A stretch of 32,000 nucleotides of DNA from positions 1,020,001 to 1,052,000 of the forward strand of contig NZ_LN831024.1 in NCBI RefSeq assembly GCF_001457615.1, in the 5' to 3' direction. The notes below the pieces were generated by a model. It was given only the letters and a program-made list of their open reading frames with translations, searched no databases and was not told the origin of the DNA. Origin of the DNA: Pseudomonas aeruginosa. Its GTDB lineage: Bacteria > Pseudomonadota > Gammaproteobacteria > Pseudomonadales > Pseudomonadaceae. Both the position numbers and the translations under genes were made by a program. This document shows positions 1-11,947 of the stretch, piece after piece; position 1 is the stretch's first letter, and the number at the start of each line of letters is the position of its first letter.

Positions 1-1824
<1,824 letters not shown>

Positions 1825-1874
1825 CTATGGGCCGTCGATGGCTGGCTGCCCAGTGGTACCTTCAGAGGTGTTCG

Positions 1875-2306
1875 ATGGCTGAGCTGCAACGCGCGAGTGT
1901 AACGGGAGGTGGGCTGTACGAGAGGCTGCTGCAGCGTCTCGCCCTGGCTCTGGATGAAGCGGATACGGCCGAGCGCCTGCGTGACGAGCATCCCACGGAG
2001 CTTGAGTTGCGTGGTTTGAGCGAAGCGGAGATGGGGCTGATACGCGCCTATCTCGACCAGGACCTGCACTGGTTGCGCGGCTGGCATGCGGCCGCCGAGG
2101 AGCTAGCGCTGCTCGAGCGCCAGACCGGCAGGACACCCCGGCCGCCCCGGCCGCAACCGCCGGCGCCCCGTCGCCACGTCTCGTTGAAACAGCGGCAACT
2201 GCTCTGTGCGCTCTGCGGTGCGCCGGTGCAGTGGAGCAAGGGGCATGGCGTGTTGCCGTGCGGCCATTGCGGCTCGCAACTGTTCCGTTCGGGCAACGGC
2301 CGCTAG
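1875..2306 (+). CDS. Small zinc-ribbon protein (C-terminal CxxC-x13-CxxC), possibly YbeL/DUF1451-like
   Basis: The ATG at 1875 is preceded by AGAGGTG (1864-1870). The C-terminus CALCGAPVQWSKGHGVLPCGHCGSQLF has the same pattern as the E. coli YbeL C-terminus. It is divergent from leuS, as ybeL is in E. coli. GC3 is high. The family assignment is from memory, and the N-terminal region is not obviously similar. Confidence 0.7.
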   Translation: MAELQRASVTGGGLYERLLQRLALALDEADTAERLRDEHPTELELRGLSEAEMGLIRAYLDQDLHWLRGWHAAAEELALLERQTGRTPRPPRPQPPAPRRHVSLKQRQLLCALCGAPVQWSKGHGVLPCGHCGSQLFRSGNGR

Positions 2307-2378
2307 GGTCTCTTTCCGGGAAGTTTCGCCAGGCGTCGCGCAATCCTTTAGATTGCCTCTTCCGACAGGGAGGGGGCG

Positions 2379-3140
2379 ATGCCGATCCGTTATTTCTTCA
2401 AGCAACTTCTGCTGCCGCCGGGCGGCCTGTTGCTGCTGCTGTTTTTCGCTTTCTGGTGGCGCACCAGCCGACCGAGGCTGGCGCGGCTGTGCGGTGTCTG
2501 CGGGTTCTTCGGTCTGTGGCTGATGAGCATGCCGCTCAGCGTGGAGTGGATGGGGCGCTGGCTCGAAAGCGAACCGGCCCTGCTGGCGGAGGATCTGCCG
2601 GGCCTGGCGCAGCGCGCCGACGCCATCGTCATCCTCGGTGCCGGCCGGCAGACCAACGACCCGGCCTGGGGCGACGATGCGCCGAGCCTGCTGGCGGCCG
2701 AGCGGCTGCGCTATGCCGCGCGGCTGGCCAAGACCTCGGCGCTGCCGGTACTGATCAGCGGCGGGTTGCATTACGGACGCCCGCCCAGCGAGGCGGCGCT
2801 GATGGCCAATGCCCTGTTGCAGGACTTCGGCGTGCCGACGCGCTGGCAGGAAGGTCTCAGCCGTACCACCTGGGAAAACGCCACCCTGAGCGCCCCGCAG
2901 TTGCGCGAGGCCGGCGTGCGCCGGGTGGTGCTGGTGACCCAGGCCTGGCACATGCAGCGGGCACGCTGGAGCTTCGAGCGCCAGGGGTTCGAGGTGATCC
3001 CGGCGCCGGTCGGCTTCCTCGGCGGGGCCAACCTGCGGCCCTTCGGCGGCTGGCTGCCGGAAGCGCAGGCCTTCTGGCAGAGCGGCATGCTGCTGAACGA
3101 GGCGATCGGCCTGGTCGGCTATCGCCTGTTCTACCGCTGA
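2379..3140 (+). CDS. DUF218 (YdcF/ElyC-like) membrane-anchored protein
   Basis: A strong SD GGGAGGGGG lies just upstream of the ATG at 2379. The protein has an N-terminal hydrophobic region and then motifs typical of DUF218 proteins: AIVILGAG, PVLISGG and VLVTQAWHMQRA. Confidence 0.88.
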   Translation: MPIRYFFKQLLLPPGGLLLLLFFAFWWRTSRPRLARLCGVCGFFGLWLMSMPLSVEWMGRWLESEPALLAEDLPGLAQRADAIVILGAGRQTNDPAWGDDAPSLLAAERLRYAARLAKTSALPVLISGGLHYGRPPSEAALMANALLQDFGVPTRWQEGLSRTTWENATLSAPQLREAGVRRVVLVTQAWHMQRARWSFERQGFEVIPAPVGFLGGANLRPFGGWLPEAQAFWQSGMLLNEAIGLVGYRLFYR

Positions 3141-3147
3141 GACGCAA

Positions 3148-3175
3148 CCGGCGCCGCAGGGGCGCCGGTCTTTCC
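3148..3175 (+). terminator. GC-rich hairpin between convergent genes: CCGGCGCC-gcagg-GGCGCCGG followed by TCTTTCC
   Basis: A perfect 8-bp stem (3148-3155 / 3161-3168) with a 5-nt loop and a T-rich tail. It lies 8 nt after the DUF218 stop and 15 nt before the lnt stop. Confidence 0.6.
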
Positions 3176-3189
3176 AGGAGGGGCTGGTT

Positions 3190-4725
3190 TCAGCCGAACA
3201 GGCGTCGCTCCTGCGGACGCAACTGGCGGCCGAGCAGAGCCCATAGCAGCAGCACGCCGGCCAACCCGGCCAGCGGCCAGACGCGGTATTGCAGATAGGG
3301 CGTCAGGCCCTGCATGGGAATCACCTCGCCGCGCAGGATGCCCTGCTGGAACTGCGGGATCTGCCGGACGATCCGGCCATAGGGATCGATCAGGCCGGTG
3401 ACGCCGTTGTTGGTCGCGCGGATCATCCAGCGACCGCTTTCCAGGGCGCGCATCTGTGCCATCTGCAGGTGCTGCAAAGGGCCTATGGAAGTGCCGAACC
3501 AGGTGTCGTTGCTCACTGTCAGCAACACCTGGCTCTGCGCCGCGAGCGCGGCGGCGAACTCCGGGTAGACCACTTCGTAGCAGATGTACGGGGCGATCTG
3601 GTAGCCCTTGGCCTTGAGCAGCGGCTGGTCGGCCGGACCGCGAGCGAAGTCGGACATCGGCAGGTCGAAGAAGGCGATCAGGCCGCGCAGCAGGTCCTGC
3701 AGCGGCACGTACTCGCCGAACGGCACCAGCTTCTGCTTGAGGTAGGTGCCCGCGCCTTCGCCGACCACGGTGATGCCGTTGAAGTAGCGACTCTTGCCGT
3801 CGGCGAGACGTTCACGCACCGGGACCCCGGTGATCAGCGCGGCGTTCTTCTCGTCGGCGACCTGGCCCATGGCGCCGAGGTAGCCGCTGGCCATGTCCTG
3901 GAGAATCGGCACCGCGGTTTCCGGCCAGACGATCAGGTCGACGTCCTGCTGCGGCAGGCTCAGGTCGCGGTAGAGGTCGAGTTGCGCGCGGACCTGATTC
4001 GGGTCCCATTTCAGCTCCTGGGCGATGTTGCCCTGGATCGCCACTACCCTCAGCGGTTCGCCGGCCGAATGGGTCCAGGCGTGGCCCTTGAGATAGAGGC
4101 CGGCCGCCCACGGGCCGAGCAGCAGGACCAGCCCCAGAAGCAGGCTGGCACCGTGCGGGAAGAGGCGCGGCAGGTTCACCAGCAGGGCCGCGCTGAGGGC
4201 GATGACGAAGGAGGACAGCCATACGCCGCCCACCGGTACCAGCCCGGCCAGCGGTCCCTGCAACTGGCTATAGCCGGCGTAGAGCCAGGGGAAACCGGTA
4301 AGGAACCAACTGCGGAACAGCTCCAGTGCCAGCCACAGGGCGGCGAACGCCAGGGCGTCGCCCAGCGGCGCGTTGTCGCGGCGCAGGCAGCGCGCCCACA
4401 GCCAGGCCGGCAGGGCGAAGAAGAAGGCGACGCCGGCGGTGAAGCCGAGCATGAGGAGGCTTGCCAGCGGCACCGAGGCGGCGCCGTAGTCATGGATACT
4501 GACGTAGATCCAGCTGGTGCCGGCGCCGAACGCGCCGAAACCGTACCACCAGCCGCGCCACAGGGCGGACTTGCCGGGAAGGCCGCGCAAGCCGAGATAG
4601 AGCAGGGCGATCGAGAGGATCGCCAGCGGCCAGTAGTCGAAGGGCGCCAGGGCCAGGGGTGTGAGCGCGCCTGCGGCGAGTGCCAGCAGGTGTCCGGGCC
4701 AGCCGGGACGAGAAATCCAACGCAT
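3190..4725 (-). CDS. lnt: Apolipoprotein N-acyltransferase
   Basis: A 511-aa ORF with a multi-TM N-terminal half and a C-terminal CN-hydrolase domain (VWPE, ...ICYE...). SD AAGGA lies 6 nt upstream of the ATG. It sits in the conserved position downstream of corC. Confidence 0.96.
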   Translation of the reverse strand: MRWISRPGWPGHLLALAAGALTPLALAPFDYWPLAILSIALLYLGLRGLPGKSALWRGWWYGFGAFGAGTSWIYVSIHDYGAASVPLASLLMLGFTAGVAFFFALPAWLWARCLRRDNAPLGDALAFAALWLALELFRSWFLTGFPWLYAGYSQLQGPLAGLVPVGGVWLSSFVIALSAALLVNLPRLFPHGASLLLGLVLLLGPWAAGLYLKGHAWTHSAGEPLRVVAIQGNIAQELKWDPNQVRAQLDLYRDLSLPQQDVDLIVWPETAVPILQDMASGYLGAMGQVADEKNAALITGVPVRERLADGKSRYFNGITVVGEGAGTYLKQKLVPFGEYVPLQDLLRGLIAFFDLPMSDFARGPADQPLLKAKGYQIAPYICYEVVYPEFAAALAAQSQVLLTVSNDTWFGTSIGPLQHLQMAQMRALESGRWMIRATNNGVTGLIDPYGRIVRQIPQFQQGILRGEVIPMQGLTPYLQYRVWPLAGLAGVLLLWALLGRQLRPQERRLFG

Positions 4726-4880
4726 CGAATGTCCTTAGAGCCTGTTCAATGTCCGACTGCGCAGACCGGGGCCGCCTTCGGCTGCCGGACGGCAACGTCC
4801 GCGGCGACAGGGGAGTCTGGCGCAAGGCGCAAGAGTAAAGGAGGGGCTGGCGAGACGCCAGAAGGACGGCGCGGGAAGAT

Positions 4881-4906
4881 GCCCCCTCCGCCGCGGCGGA
4901 GGGGGC
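4881..4906 (-). other. Perfect 26-nt GC palindrome (GCCCCCTCCGCCGCGGCGGAGGGGGC) immediately 3' of the corC stop
   Basis: Read directly from the sequence. It can form a stem of about 11 bp. No U-tract follows on either strand, so it may be an attenuator, an RNA-stability hairpin or a protein-binding site rather than a classical terminator. Confidence 0.35.
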
Positions 4907-4910
4907 GCGC

Positions 4911-5750
4911 TCAGTTCTGCAGGGGAGACAGGCGCAGCAGATGGACGCGGCGGCTGTCGGCGTTGAGTACGCGGAAACGGAACTCGCCCAGCTCGACCAC
5001 TTCGTTGCGCTTGGGCAGGTGGCCGAAGGCGCTCATCACCAGGCCGCCCACGGTATCGAATTCCTCGTCAGAGAATTCCGAGCCGAAGAAGTCGTTGAAG
5101 GCGTCCACGGGGGTCAGCGCCTTGACGATGAAATCGCCGCTGGGCAGCGGCTTGATGTAGCTGTCCTCCTCGACGTCGTGCTCGTCCTCGATATCACCGA
5201 CGATCTGTTCCAGCACGTCCTCGATGGTCACCAGGCCGGCCACGCCGCCGTATTCGTCGATGACGATGGCCATGTGGTTGCGGTTGGCGCGGAATTCGCG
5301 GAGCAGCACGTTGAGGCGCTTGGATTCGGGGACGAAGGTAGCCGGACGCAGCAGTTCCTTGATGTCGAAGGGACGCTCGTCGTTGTGCAGGATCAGTGGC
5401 AGGAGGTCCTTGGCCAGCAGTACGCCCATGACGTCGTCGAGGCTTTCGCCGACCACCGGGTAGCGCGAGTGGGCGGCTTCGATGATGGCCGGAAGGAATT
5501 CCTTCGGCGTCTGGGTCGAGCGGATGCTCATCATCTGCGAGCGCGGCACCATGATGTCGCGCACCTGCAGGTCGGCGACCTGGATCGCCCCCTCGACGAT
5601 GGACAGCGCCTCGCTGTCCAGCAGCTTGTTGTCGTGGGCATCGCGCAGCAGCTCGAGGAGCTCCTGGCGGTTTCTCGGCTCGTGGGCAAAAGCCTGGGTG
5701 ATCTTGTCCAGCCAGGACTTGTGCCCGTTGCTCGATCGGTCTTCGCTCAT
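4911..5750 (-). CDS. corC: CorC/YbeX family Mg/Co efflux-associated protein (CBS pair plus CorC_HlyC domain)
   Basis: A 279-aa ORF with strong similarity to YbeX/CorC ([34 protein letters not shown]). Its ATG overlaps the ybeY stop as ATGA. Confidence 0.95.
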   Translation of the reverse strand: MSEDRSSNGHKSWLDKITQAFAHEPRNRQELLELLRDAHDNKLLDSEALSIVEGAIQVADLQVRDIMVPRSQMMSIRSTQTPKEFLPAIIEAAHSRYPVVGESLDDVMGVLLAKDLLPLILHNDERPFDIKELLRPATFVPESKRLNVLLREFRANRNHMAIVIDEYGGVAGLVTIEDVLEQIVGDIEDEHDVEEDSYIKPLPSGDFIVKALTPVDAFNDFFGSEFSDEEFDTVGGLVMSAFGHLPKRNEVVELGEFRFRVLNADSRRVHLLRLSPLQN

Positions 5751-6229
5751 TTTTCCTTGCTCGGTGGCTCTTCGTCGTCGCAGGCGTACGGATCGGGATG
5801 ACCCAGTTCCGCCAGCAATTCACGTTCCAGTGTTTCCATTTCTTCCGCTTCGGCGTCGTCGATGTGGTCGTAGCCGAGTAGGTGCAGGCAGCCGTGGATC
5901 ACCAGGTGGGCCCAGTGGGCCTGCAACGGCTTGCGCTGTTCCAGGGCTTCGCGGGCGACCACCGGGGCGCAGATCACCAGGTCGCCGAGCAGCGGGATAT
6001 CGAGAAGCTCGTCCGGGACATCGGCGGGGAAGGACAGCACGTTGGTCGCGTAGTCCTTGTGCCGGTAGGTGCTGTTCAGTTCCAGGCCTTCGGCCTCGTC
6101 CACCAGGCGGATGGTCAGCTCCGACTCCGGACGCTGGCGCAGGGCCAGTTCGCACCAGGCGCGGAACTGCGCTTCGGAGGGCAGGTCCGGGGCGGCGCTG
6201 GCGACCTGCAGGTCGAGCTCAAGCGGCAT
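5747..6229 (-). CDS. ybeY: Endoribonuclease YbeY (16S rRNA maturation)
   Basis: The start was re-set to the internal ATG (cat 6227-6229), giving 160 aa that begin [11 protein letters not shown]. The metal motif [15 protein letters not shown] is present. The gene overlaps the ybeZ stop by 11 nt. The 37 extra codons in the track ORF lie inside ybeZ. Confidence 0.95.
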   Translation of the reverse strand: MPLELDLQVASAAPDLPSEAQFRAWCELALRQRPESELTIRLVDEAEGLELNSTYRHKDYATNVLSFPADVPDELLDIPLLGDLVICAPVVAREALEQRKPLQAHWAHLVIHGCLHLLGYDHIDDAEAEEMETLERELLAELGHPDPYACDDEEPPSKEK

Positions 6230-7241
6230 CGTGACCGCCCTTGCCCGTTCCCTCGACCGGCCGCACCTGGCCTTGCTGGCGGCTCTCGTGACGCTCGTAG
6301 GCTTCGACGATACGCTGCACCAGCGGGTGGCGGACCACATCCTTGGGCTTGAAGTGGGTGAAGCTGATGCCGGGGACGTCCTGCAGGACCTCGATCACGT
6401 GCTTGAGGCCGGAGCGGGTGCCGCGGGGCAGGTCGACCTGGGTGACGTCGCCGGTGATCACCGCGGTGGAGCCGAAGCCGATCCGGGTGAGGAACATCTT
6501 CATCTGCTCGACTGTGGTGTTCTGGCTCTCGTCGAGGATGATGAAGCTGTTGTTCAGCGTGCGCCCGCGCATGTAGGCCAGCGGCGCGACCTCGATGACG
6601 TTGCGCTCGATCAGCTTGGCCACGTGTTCGAAGCCGAGCATCTCGTAGAGCGCGTCGTAGAGCGGGCGCAGGTAGGGGTCGATCTTCTGCGACAGGTCGC
6701 CGGGAAGGAAACCGAGCTTCTCGCCGGCCTCGACCGCCGGGCGCACCAGCAGGATGCGGCGGATCTGCTCGCGCTCCAGGGCGTCGACGGCGCAGGCCAC
6801 GGCGAGATAGGTCTTGCCGGTGCCGGCCGGGCCGATGCCGAAGTTGATGTCGTGGTCGAGGATCGCCTTGACGTAGCGCTGCTGGTTGGCGCCGCGCGGG
6901 CGGATGTGCGCCTTGCGCGACTTCAGGGTGACCTGCGGCGCGCTCTGCAATTCCTCGAGGTCTTCCAGGCCGGACTCCTGCAGGTACAGGTGCACGGTGT
7001 CGGGGGTGAGATCGGTGCCGTTCTGCGCCTCGCGGTAGAGACGCTGCAGCAGGCGTTCGGCGACCTTGGTCCGGCGCGGTTCGCCGGCCAGTTCGAACTG
7101 GTTGCCGCGGTTGCGGATCTCGATGTCGAGGCGTTTCTCGATCTGGTGGAGATGCTCGTCGAACTGCCCGCAAAGTGTCGCGAAGCTGCGGGCGTCGAAC
7201 GGCTCGAGGATAAAGCGATGAAGTTCCTGGGGGGCGTTCAA
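6219..7241 (-). CDS. ybeZ: PhoH-like ATPase YbeZ
   Basis: Walker [14 protein letters not shown] is present, with near-collinear similarity to E. coli YbeZ. There is no ATG in the N-terminal region. TTG at 7241 aligns best with the E. coli N-terminus ([14 protein letters not shown] vs MNIDTREITLEP). TTG at 7310, the track start, is the alternative. Confidence 0.9.
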   Translation of the reverse strand: MNAPQELHRFILEPFDARSFATLCGQFDEHLHQIEKRLDIEIRNRGNQFELAGEPRRTKVAERLLQRLYREAQNGTDLTPDTVHLYLQESGLEDLEELQSAPQVTLKSRKAHIRPRGANQQRYVKAILDHDINFGIGPAGTGKTYLAVACAVDALEREQIRRILLVRPAVEAGEKLGFLPGDLSQKIDPYLRPLYDALYEMLGFEHVAKLIERNVIEVAPLAYMRGRTLNNSFIILDESQNTTVEQMKMFLTRIGFGSTAVITGDVTQVDLPRGTRSGLKHVIEVLQDVPGISFTHFKPKDVVRHPLVQRIVEAYERHESRQQGQVRPVEGTGKGGHDAA

Positions 7242-7409
7242 GGTGTTCTGTCGTACTCGCCAGTGGCTGATTGATAGGGAAGAGAATAACCGCTGGATAT
7301 CGTCGCGCAAAGTTGCCGTATCGCGGCGGCGCTTTCCCGGTTCCCGCTGAAACGTTGGTGCACCGTGGCGGCGGGAAGGTTCAGCGAGCCCGCCGTACGG
7401 TCGTCGGCC

Positions 7410-8750
7410 TCAATGCAGGGTGCTGTCGATCAGGGTACCGCGCAGCGAGTGCGGCAGCGCGTCGTCGATGTGCACCTGGGCGAACTGGCCGATCAGGCGT
7501 GGATTGTCGCAGCGGAAGTTGACGATCCGGTTGTTCTCGGTGCGCCCCTGGAGCATGCCTGGGTCCTTCTTCGAGAAGTCGGTGACCAGGATCCGCTGGG
7601 TGCTGCCGACCATGCGCCGGCTGATCTCGTAGCCTTGCTGGTGGATGCGGCTCTGGAGGATCTGCAGGCGCTGTTTCTTCACTTCTTCCGGCAGGTCGTC
7701 GGCGAGGTCGGCGGCGGGCGTGCCGGGCCGCGCGCTGTAGATGAAGGAGAAGGAGAAGTCGAAGCCGACGTCCTCCACCAGCTTCATGGTCTGCTCGAAG
7801 TCCTTCTCGGTTTCGCCGGGGAAACCGACGATGAAGTCGGAGCTGATGCAGATGTCCGGTACCGCGGCCTTCAGCTTGCGGATACGCGACTTGTATTCCA
7901 GCACGGTATGGTTGCGCTTCATCGCCGCCAGCACGCGGTCGGAGCCCGACTGCACCGGCAGGTGGATGAATTTCACCAGCTCCGGCACCTCGGCGTGGGC
8001 CTGGATCAGCGCGTCGGAGAATTCCAGCGGGTGCGAGGTGGTATAGCGGATGCGCTCGATACCGTCGACGGCGGCGACCACCCGCAGCAGTTCGGCGAAG
8101 TCGGCCAGGCGGCCATCGTGGGTCAGGCCGCGGAAGCCGTTGACGTTCTGTCCCAGCAGGGTGACTTCGCGGACGCCGTTCTCGGCCAGGTGGATCACTT
8201 CGGCGATCACGTCGTCGAATGGTCGGCTGACTTCCTCGCCGCGGGTGTAGGGCACCACGCAGAAGCTGCAGTACTTGCTGCAGCCTTCCATCACCGAGAC
8301 GAAGGCGGTGGGGCCATCGACCCGCGGTTCCGGCAGGCGGTCGAATTTCTCGATTTCCGGGAAGGACACGTCGACCTGCGGCTTGCGCGTGCTGCGCGCG
8401 GCGTCGATCATTTCCGGCAGGCGGTGCAGGGTCTGCGGGCCGAAGACCACGTCGACATAGGGCGCGCGCTCACGGATCGCGGCGCCTTCCTGGCTGGCCA
8501 CGCAGCCGCCGACGCCGATCACCAGGTCGGGATTCTGCTGCTTCAGCTCGCGCCACATGCCGAGCTTGGAAAACACCTTTTCCTGGGCCTTCTCGCGGAT
8601 CGAGCAGGTATTGAGCAGGATGACGTCGGCCTCGGCGGCGTTTTCGGTCACCTCGAGGGCTTGGTGTTCACCGAGCAGGTCCGCCATTCGCGACGAGTCG
8701 TACTCGTTCATCTGGCAGCCGTGGGTTTCGATGAAAAGCTTCTTGGCCAT
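7410..8750 (-). CDS. miaB: tRNA-i6A37 methylthiotransferase (radical SAM)
   Basis: The start was re-set to ATG (cat 8748-8750), giving 446 aa: [19 protein letters not shown].... The radical-SAM motif CSKYCSFC and a C-terminal TRAM region are present. Confidence 0.96.
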   Translation of the reverse strand: MAKKLFIETHGCQMNEYDSSRMADLLGEHQALEVTENAAEADVILLNTCSIREKAQEKVFSKLGMWRELKQQNPDLVIGVGGCVASQEGAAIRERAPYVDVVFGPQTLHRLPEMIDAARSTRKPQVDVSFPEIEKFDRLPEPRVDGPTAFVSVMEGCSKYCSFCVVPYTRGEEVSRPFDDVIAEVIHLAENGVREVTLLGQNVNGFRGLTHDGRLADFAELLRVVAAVDGIERIRYTTSHPLEFSDALIQAHAEVPELVKFIHLPVQSGSDRVLAAMKRNHTVLEYKSRIRKLKAAVPDICISSDFIVGFPGETEKDFEQTMKLVEDVGFDFSFSFIYSARPGTPAADLADDLPEEVKKQRLQILQSRIHQQGYEISRRMVGSTQRILVTDFSKKDPGMLQGRTENNRIVNFRCDNPRLIGQFAQVHIDDALPHSLRGTLIDSTLH

Positions 8751-8878
8751 GCGCTTCGTCGGACAGTTCGAAAAGGACCGCGCATTATAGAGGGCGGGGC
8801 CCCCGGTTCCTAGCGTTGCTGGCCGAAAGGCTGTGCTATGATTCGCGCCCTTCATTTTCCGGCATTGCTTTCCCCGCC

Positions 8879-9211
8879 ATGAACAAGCGCGAAAACCCCA
8901 TCTACAAGGTGATTTTCCTCAACCAGGGCCAGGTCTTCGAGATGTATGCCAAGCAGATCTACCAGAGCGATCTGTGGGGCTTCCTGGAAATCGAGGAGTT
9001 CGTCTTCGGCGAGCGCACCCAGGTGGTGGTGGACCCCAGCGAGGAGAAGCTCAAGGCGCAGTTCGAAGGCGTTCTGCGCAGCTTCGTGCCGATGCACGCG
9101 ATCGTCCGCATCGACGAGGTCGAGCGCCTGGGTACGCCGAAGATCAGCGAGGCCAAGGGCGCGGGCAACGTCATGCCGTTCCCCATGCCGATGCCCGGCA
9201 AGAGCGACTGA
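8879..9211 (+). CDS. Conserved small cytoplasmic protein (DUF1820-like, assigned from memory)
   Basis: ATG at 8879 gives 110 aa, [45 protein letters not shown]3 is high. No SD lies upstream (see the uORF finding). The track start, TTG at 8816, has no support. Confidence 0.85.
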   Translation: MNKRENPIYKVIFLNQGQVFEMYAKQIYQSDLWGFLEIEEFVFGERTQVVVDPSEEKLKAQFEGVLRSFVPMHAIVRIDEVERLGTPKISEAKGAGNVMPFPMPMPGKSD

Positions 9212-9226
9212 TTCGCGAAAGGGACG

Positions 9227-9775
9227 TCAGGGCAGCGGCGCGAAGGGCGTGACGCCGCCGGCAGTCTGCAGTTCGATCAGGTAGTTGCGGAAGATCTGCC
9301 CCAGCACCCGGGTGGCGATGTCCAGTTCGTCGCGGTTCATCTGCTCGGCTACCAGGTCGGCGCTGTCCAGGGCGTCCTCGGCGCCGTTCACCGCTGCCAT
9401 CTTCAGCACGATGTAGGCCTGTACGTTGTTCGCCGGAACCCCTTCGCCACGGAAGAACATGGTGCCGAGGTGGTACTGGGCCTGGGCATGGCCCTGTAGA
9501 GAAGCTTTCTCGAACCAGTTGAGGGCGGCCTGGAGGTCGCGCGGGATGCGCTCGCCGTCGTAGAAGAATTCGCCCAGTTCGTATTGCGCCTCGGCGTCGC
9601 CGCCATTGGCGACCTGCTGGCAGGCGGCGAGCGCCTGCTGCAATTCTTCGGGAACGGTGTTCAGCGCGCAGCGGCCGGTCGCTGGAATCAGCAACGAGTT
9701 GCCTCCCGCCTGCGCGAGCAGCGGCTGGAGGATCAACAGGCAACCCAGGGCGAGGGTGCGGCCGGTACGGAACAT
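9227..9775 (-). CDS. Secreted Sel1-repeat (TPR-like) protein
   Basis: The start was re-set to ATG (cat 9773-9775) behind AGGAGG. The signal peptide is MFRTGRTLALGCLLILQPLLAQA. Two Sel1-type repeats are present (AEAQYELGEFFYDG..., AQAQYHLGTMFFRGEG...). Confidence 0.85.
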   Translation of the reverse strand: MFRTGRTLALGCLLILQPLLAQAGGNSLLIPATGRCALNTVPEELQQALAACQQVANGGDAEAQYELGEFFYDGERIPRDLQAALNWFEKASLQGHAQAQYHLGTMFFRGEGVPANNVQAYIVLKMAAVNGAEDALDSADLVAEQMNRDELDIATRVLGQIFRNYLIELQTAGGVTPFAPLP

Positions 9776-9952
9776 GAGGGGAAGACACCTCCTGGATCGG
9801 GGCGGGCAAGGGCTGCCCGGCCAACGAAATGCGCTGACCCTCACATTATGAAATAAGCCGACGCCTCCTTACAAAGTCTTTACTGTCTTTTCGGGAACTT
9901 TGTCGGCGCGTTTATGCATTTCGGCTAGGAAGGCGTTCCGGCGGGGAGGAGG

Positions 9953-9975
9953 GCGGCGCCCGGGAAGGGCGCCGC
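9953..9975 (-). other. 9-bp GC hairpin directly after the hemL stop
   Basis: GCGGCGCCC-uuccc-GGGCGCCGC on the minus strand, with no U-tract. It is a possible terminator or stabiliser. Confidence 0.3.
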
Positions 9976-9983
9976 GAAGAGGA

Positions 9984-11267
9984 TCATTTCAGCGCGGCGA
10001 AGGCTTTTTCGGCGGCGTTCAGCGTGATTTCCAGCTCCTTGTCGCCATGGGCGATGGAGGTGAAGCCGGCCTCGAAGGCGCTAGGCGCAAGGTACACGCC
10101 ACCGTCGAGCATCAGGTGGAAGAAGCGCTTGAAGCGTTCGACGTCGCTGGCCATCACGTGCTCGAAGGTGACGATGGCGTCGGCGCCGCTGAAGTACAGG
10201 CCGAACATGCCGCCCGCCTGGGTGGTGACGAAGGGGATGCCGGCGGCATCCGCGCGCTGTTGCAGGCCGTCGAGCATGCGCGTGGTGTAGGCGGTCAGTT
10301 CGTCGTGGAAACCGGGGCGGCTGATCAGGCGCAGGGTGGTCAGGCCGGCGGCCATCGCCAGCGGGTTGCCCGAGAGCGTGCCGGCCTGGTAGACCGGGCC
10401 CAGCGGGGAAATCTGCTGCATGATCTCGCGCTTGCCGCCGAAGGCGCCCACCGGCATGCCGCCGCCGATGATCTTGCCGAAGGTCGACAGGTCCGGGGTG
10501 ACCCCGTAGTAGGCCTGGGCGCCGCCGAGGGCGACACGGAAGCCGGTCATCACTTCGTCGAAGATCAGCACCACGCCGTGTTCGTCGCAGGCTTCGCGCA
10601 GGCCTTCGAGGAAGCCCGGCGCCGGCGGCACACAGTTCATGTTGCCGGCAACCGGCTCGACGATGATGCAGGCGACCTCCTTGCCGACTTCGCCCAGGGT
10701 CTTGCGCACCGCCTCGATGTCGTTGAACGGCAGGGTCAGGGTGTGCTTGGCGAAGGCCGCCGGAACGCCCGGGGAGTTCGGCACGCCGAAGGTCAGGGCG
10801 CCGGAGCCGGCCTTCACCAGCAGGCTGTCGGAGTGACCGTGGTAGCAGCCTTCGAACTTGATGATGCTGTCGCGCCCGGTGTAGCCGCGGGCCAGACGGA
10901 TGGCGCTCATGGTCGCCTCGGTGCCGGAGCTGACCATGCGCACCATCTCCATCGACGGCACCATGGAGCAGACCAGGTCGGCCATTTCCACTTCCAGCGC
11001 GGTCGGCGCGCCATAGGACAGACCGTGGTCGAGCTGCCGGCGCACCGCGTCGAGCACGTCCGGATGGCTGTGGCCGAGGATCATCGGGCCCCAGGAGCCG
11101 ACATAGTCCACGTAGCGCTTGTCGTCCTCGTCCAGTACATAGGCGCCTTCGGCGTGCTTGAAGAACAGCGGGGTGCCGCCGACGCTCTTGAAGGCGCGCA
11201 CCGGGGAGTTGACCCCGCCGGGAATGTGTTTCTGGGCGTTGTTGAACAGCGTTTCGGAACGGGACAT
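9984..11267 (-). CDS. hemL: Glutamate-1-semialdehyde 2,1-aminomutase
   Basis: The start was re-set to ATG (cat 11265-11267), giving 427 aa: [31 protein letters not shown]..., a class III aminotransferase. The upstream 40 codons of the track ORF overlap the intergenic spacer and the 3' end of thiE. Confidence 0.97.
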   Translation of the reverse strand: MSRSETLFNNAQKHIPGGVNSPVRAFKSVGGTPLFFKHAEGAYVLDEDDKRYVDYVGSWGPMILGHSHPDVLDAVRRQLDHGLSYGAPTALEVEMADLVCSMVPSMEMVRMVSSGTEATMSAIRLARGYTGRDSIIKFEGCYHGHSDSLLVKAGSGALTFGVPNSPGVPAAFAKHTLTLPFNDIEAVRKTLGEVGKEVACIIVEPVAGNMNCVPPAPGFLEGLREACDEHGVVLIFDEVMTGFRVALGGAQAYYGVTPDLSTFGKIIGGGMPVGAFGGKREIMQQISPLGPVYQAGTLSGNPLAMAAGLTTLRLISRPGFHDELTAYTTRMLDGLQQRADAAGIPFVTTQAGGMFGLYFSGADAIVTFEHVMASDVERFKRFFHLMLDGGVYLAPSAFEAGFTSIAHGDKELEITLNAAEKAFAALK

Positions 11268-11307
11268 GGCTAGCTCTCTATCTCTTCTCGGGCGAGGCGC
11301 GGAGGCG

Positions 11308-11937
11308 TCAGGCAGGTTCGAACAGGGCGCTGAAGGCGCGGGCGCGGCGTTCCACCTCGGCGGCGGACGCGGCGGCGAACAGCGCATGGATCACGGCGAC
11401 CAGATCGACGCCGCGGGCGATCAGACCGGGCGCGGTATCGAGGCTGATGCCGCCGATGGCGGTGATCGGCAGGTGCAGGCGCGGCCGGGCCTGGTCGAGC
11501 AGTTCGACGCTGGCGGCGGGGGCGCCGGGTTTGGTGCTGGAATTGAAGAAGCGGCCGAAGGCGACGTAGCTGGCGCCCTCGGCCACCGCCTGCTCGGCCA
11601 GTTCCAGTTGGGCGTGGCAGGTGGCGCCGATGATCGCCTGGCGGCCGAGCAGGGCGCGCGCCGCCGACAGCGAACCGTCGGTCTGGCCGAGGTGCAGGCC
11701 GACGCCCAGGCGCGCGGCGAGTTCGGCGTCGTCGTTGACGATCAACTGCGCGCCGTGGCGTTCGCAGAGTTCGCGCAGGCTTTCCGCCTCGCGCAGGCGC
11801 CGCGCCTGGTCGCTGGATTTGTCGCGGTATTGCAGCAGGCGCGCGCCGCCGCGGAGCGCGGCTTCGACGTAGGGCAGCAGGCGGCCGTCGTCCAGTAGCT
11901 GGCTATCGGTGATGGCGTACAGGCCGCGCAGTTTCAT
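11308..11937 (-). CDS. thiE: Thiamine-phosphate synthase
   Basis: The start was re-set to ATG (cat 11935-11937), giving 209 aa: [15 protein letters not shown]...LLQYRDK.... It begins 10 nt downstream of the thiD stop. Confidence 0.95.
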
Positions 11938-11947
11938 CGGCTGGCTC

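Noticed and set aside
3289-5160. A 623-aa + strand ORF spanning lnt and corC
   Set aside because: It is antisense to two well-supported genes and crosses their intergenic spacer. Its composition is shadow-ORF-like and it has no domain signature.
9842-9908. A strong orphan SD (AAGGAGG, minus strand 9870-9864) inside an imperfect hairpin, followed by ATG-TGA and by the GTG track start of the Sel1 gene
   Set aside because: The spacing to the GTG at 9844 is 19 nt, which is too long, and ATG-TGA is a zero-length ORF. The ATG at 9775 has its own AGGAGG and yields a proper signal peptide.
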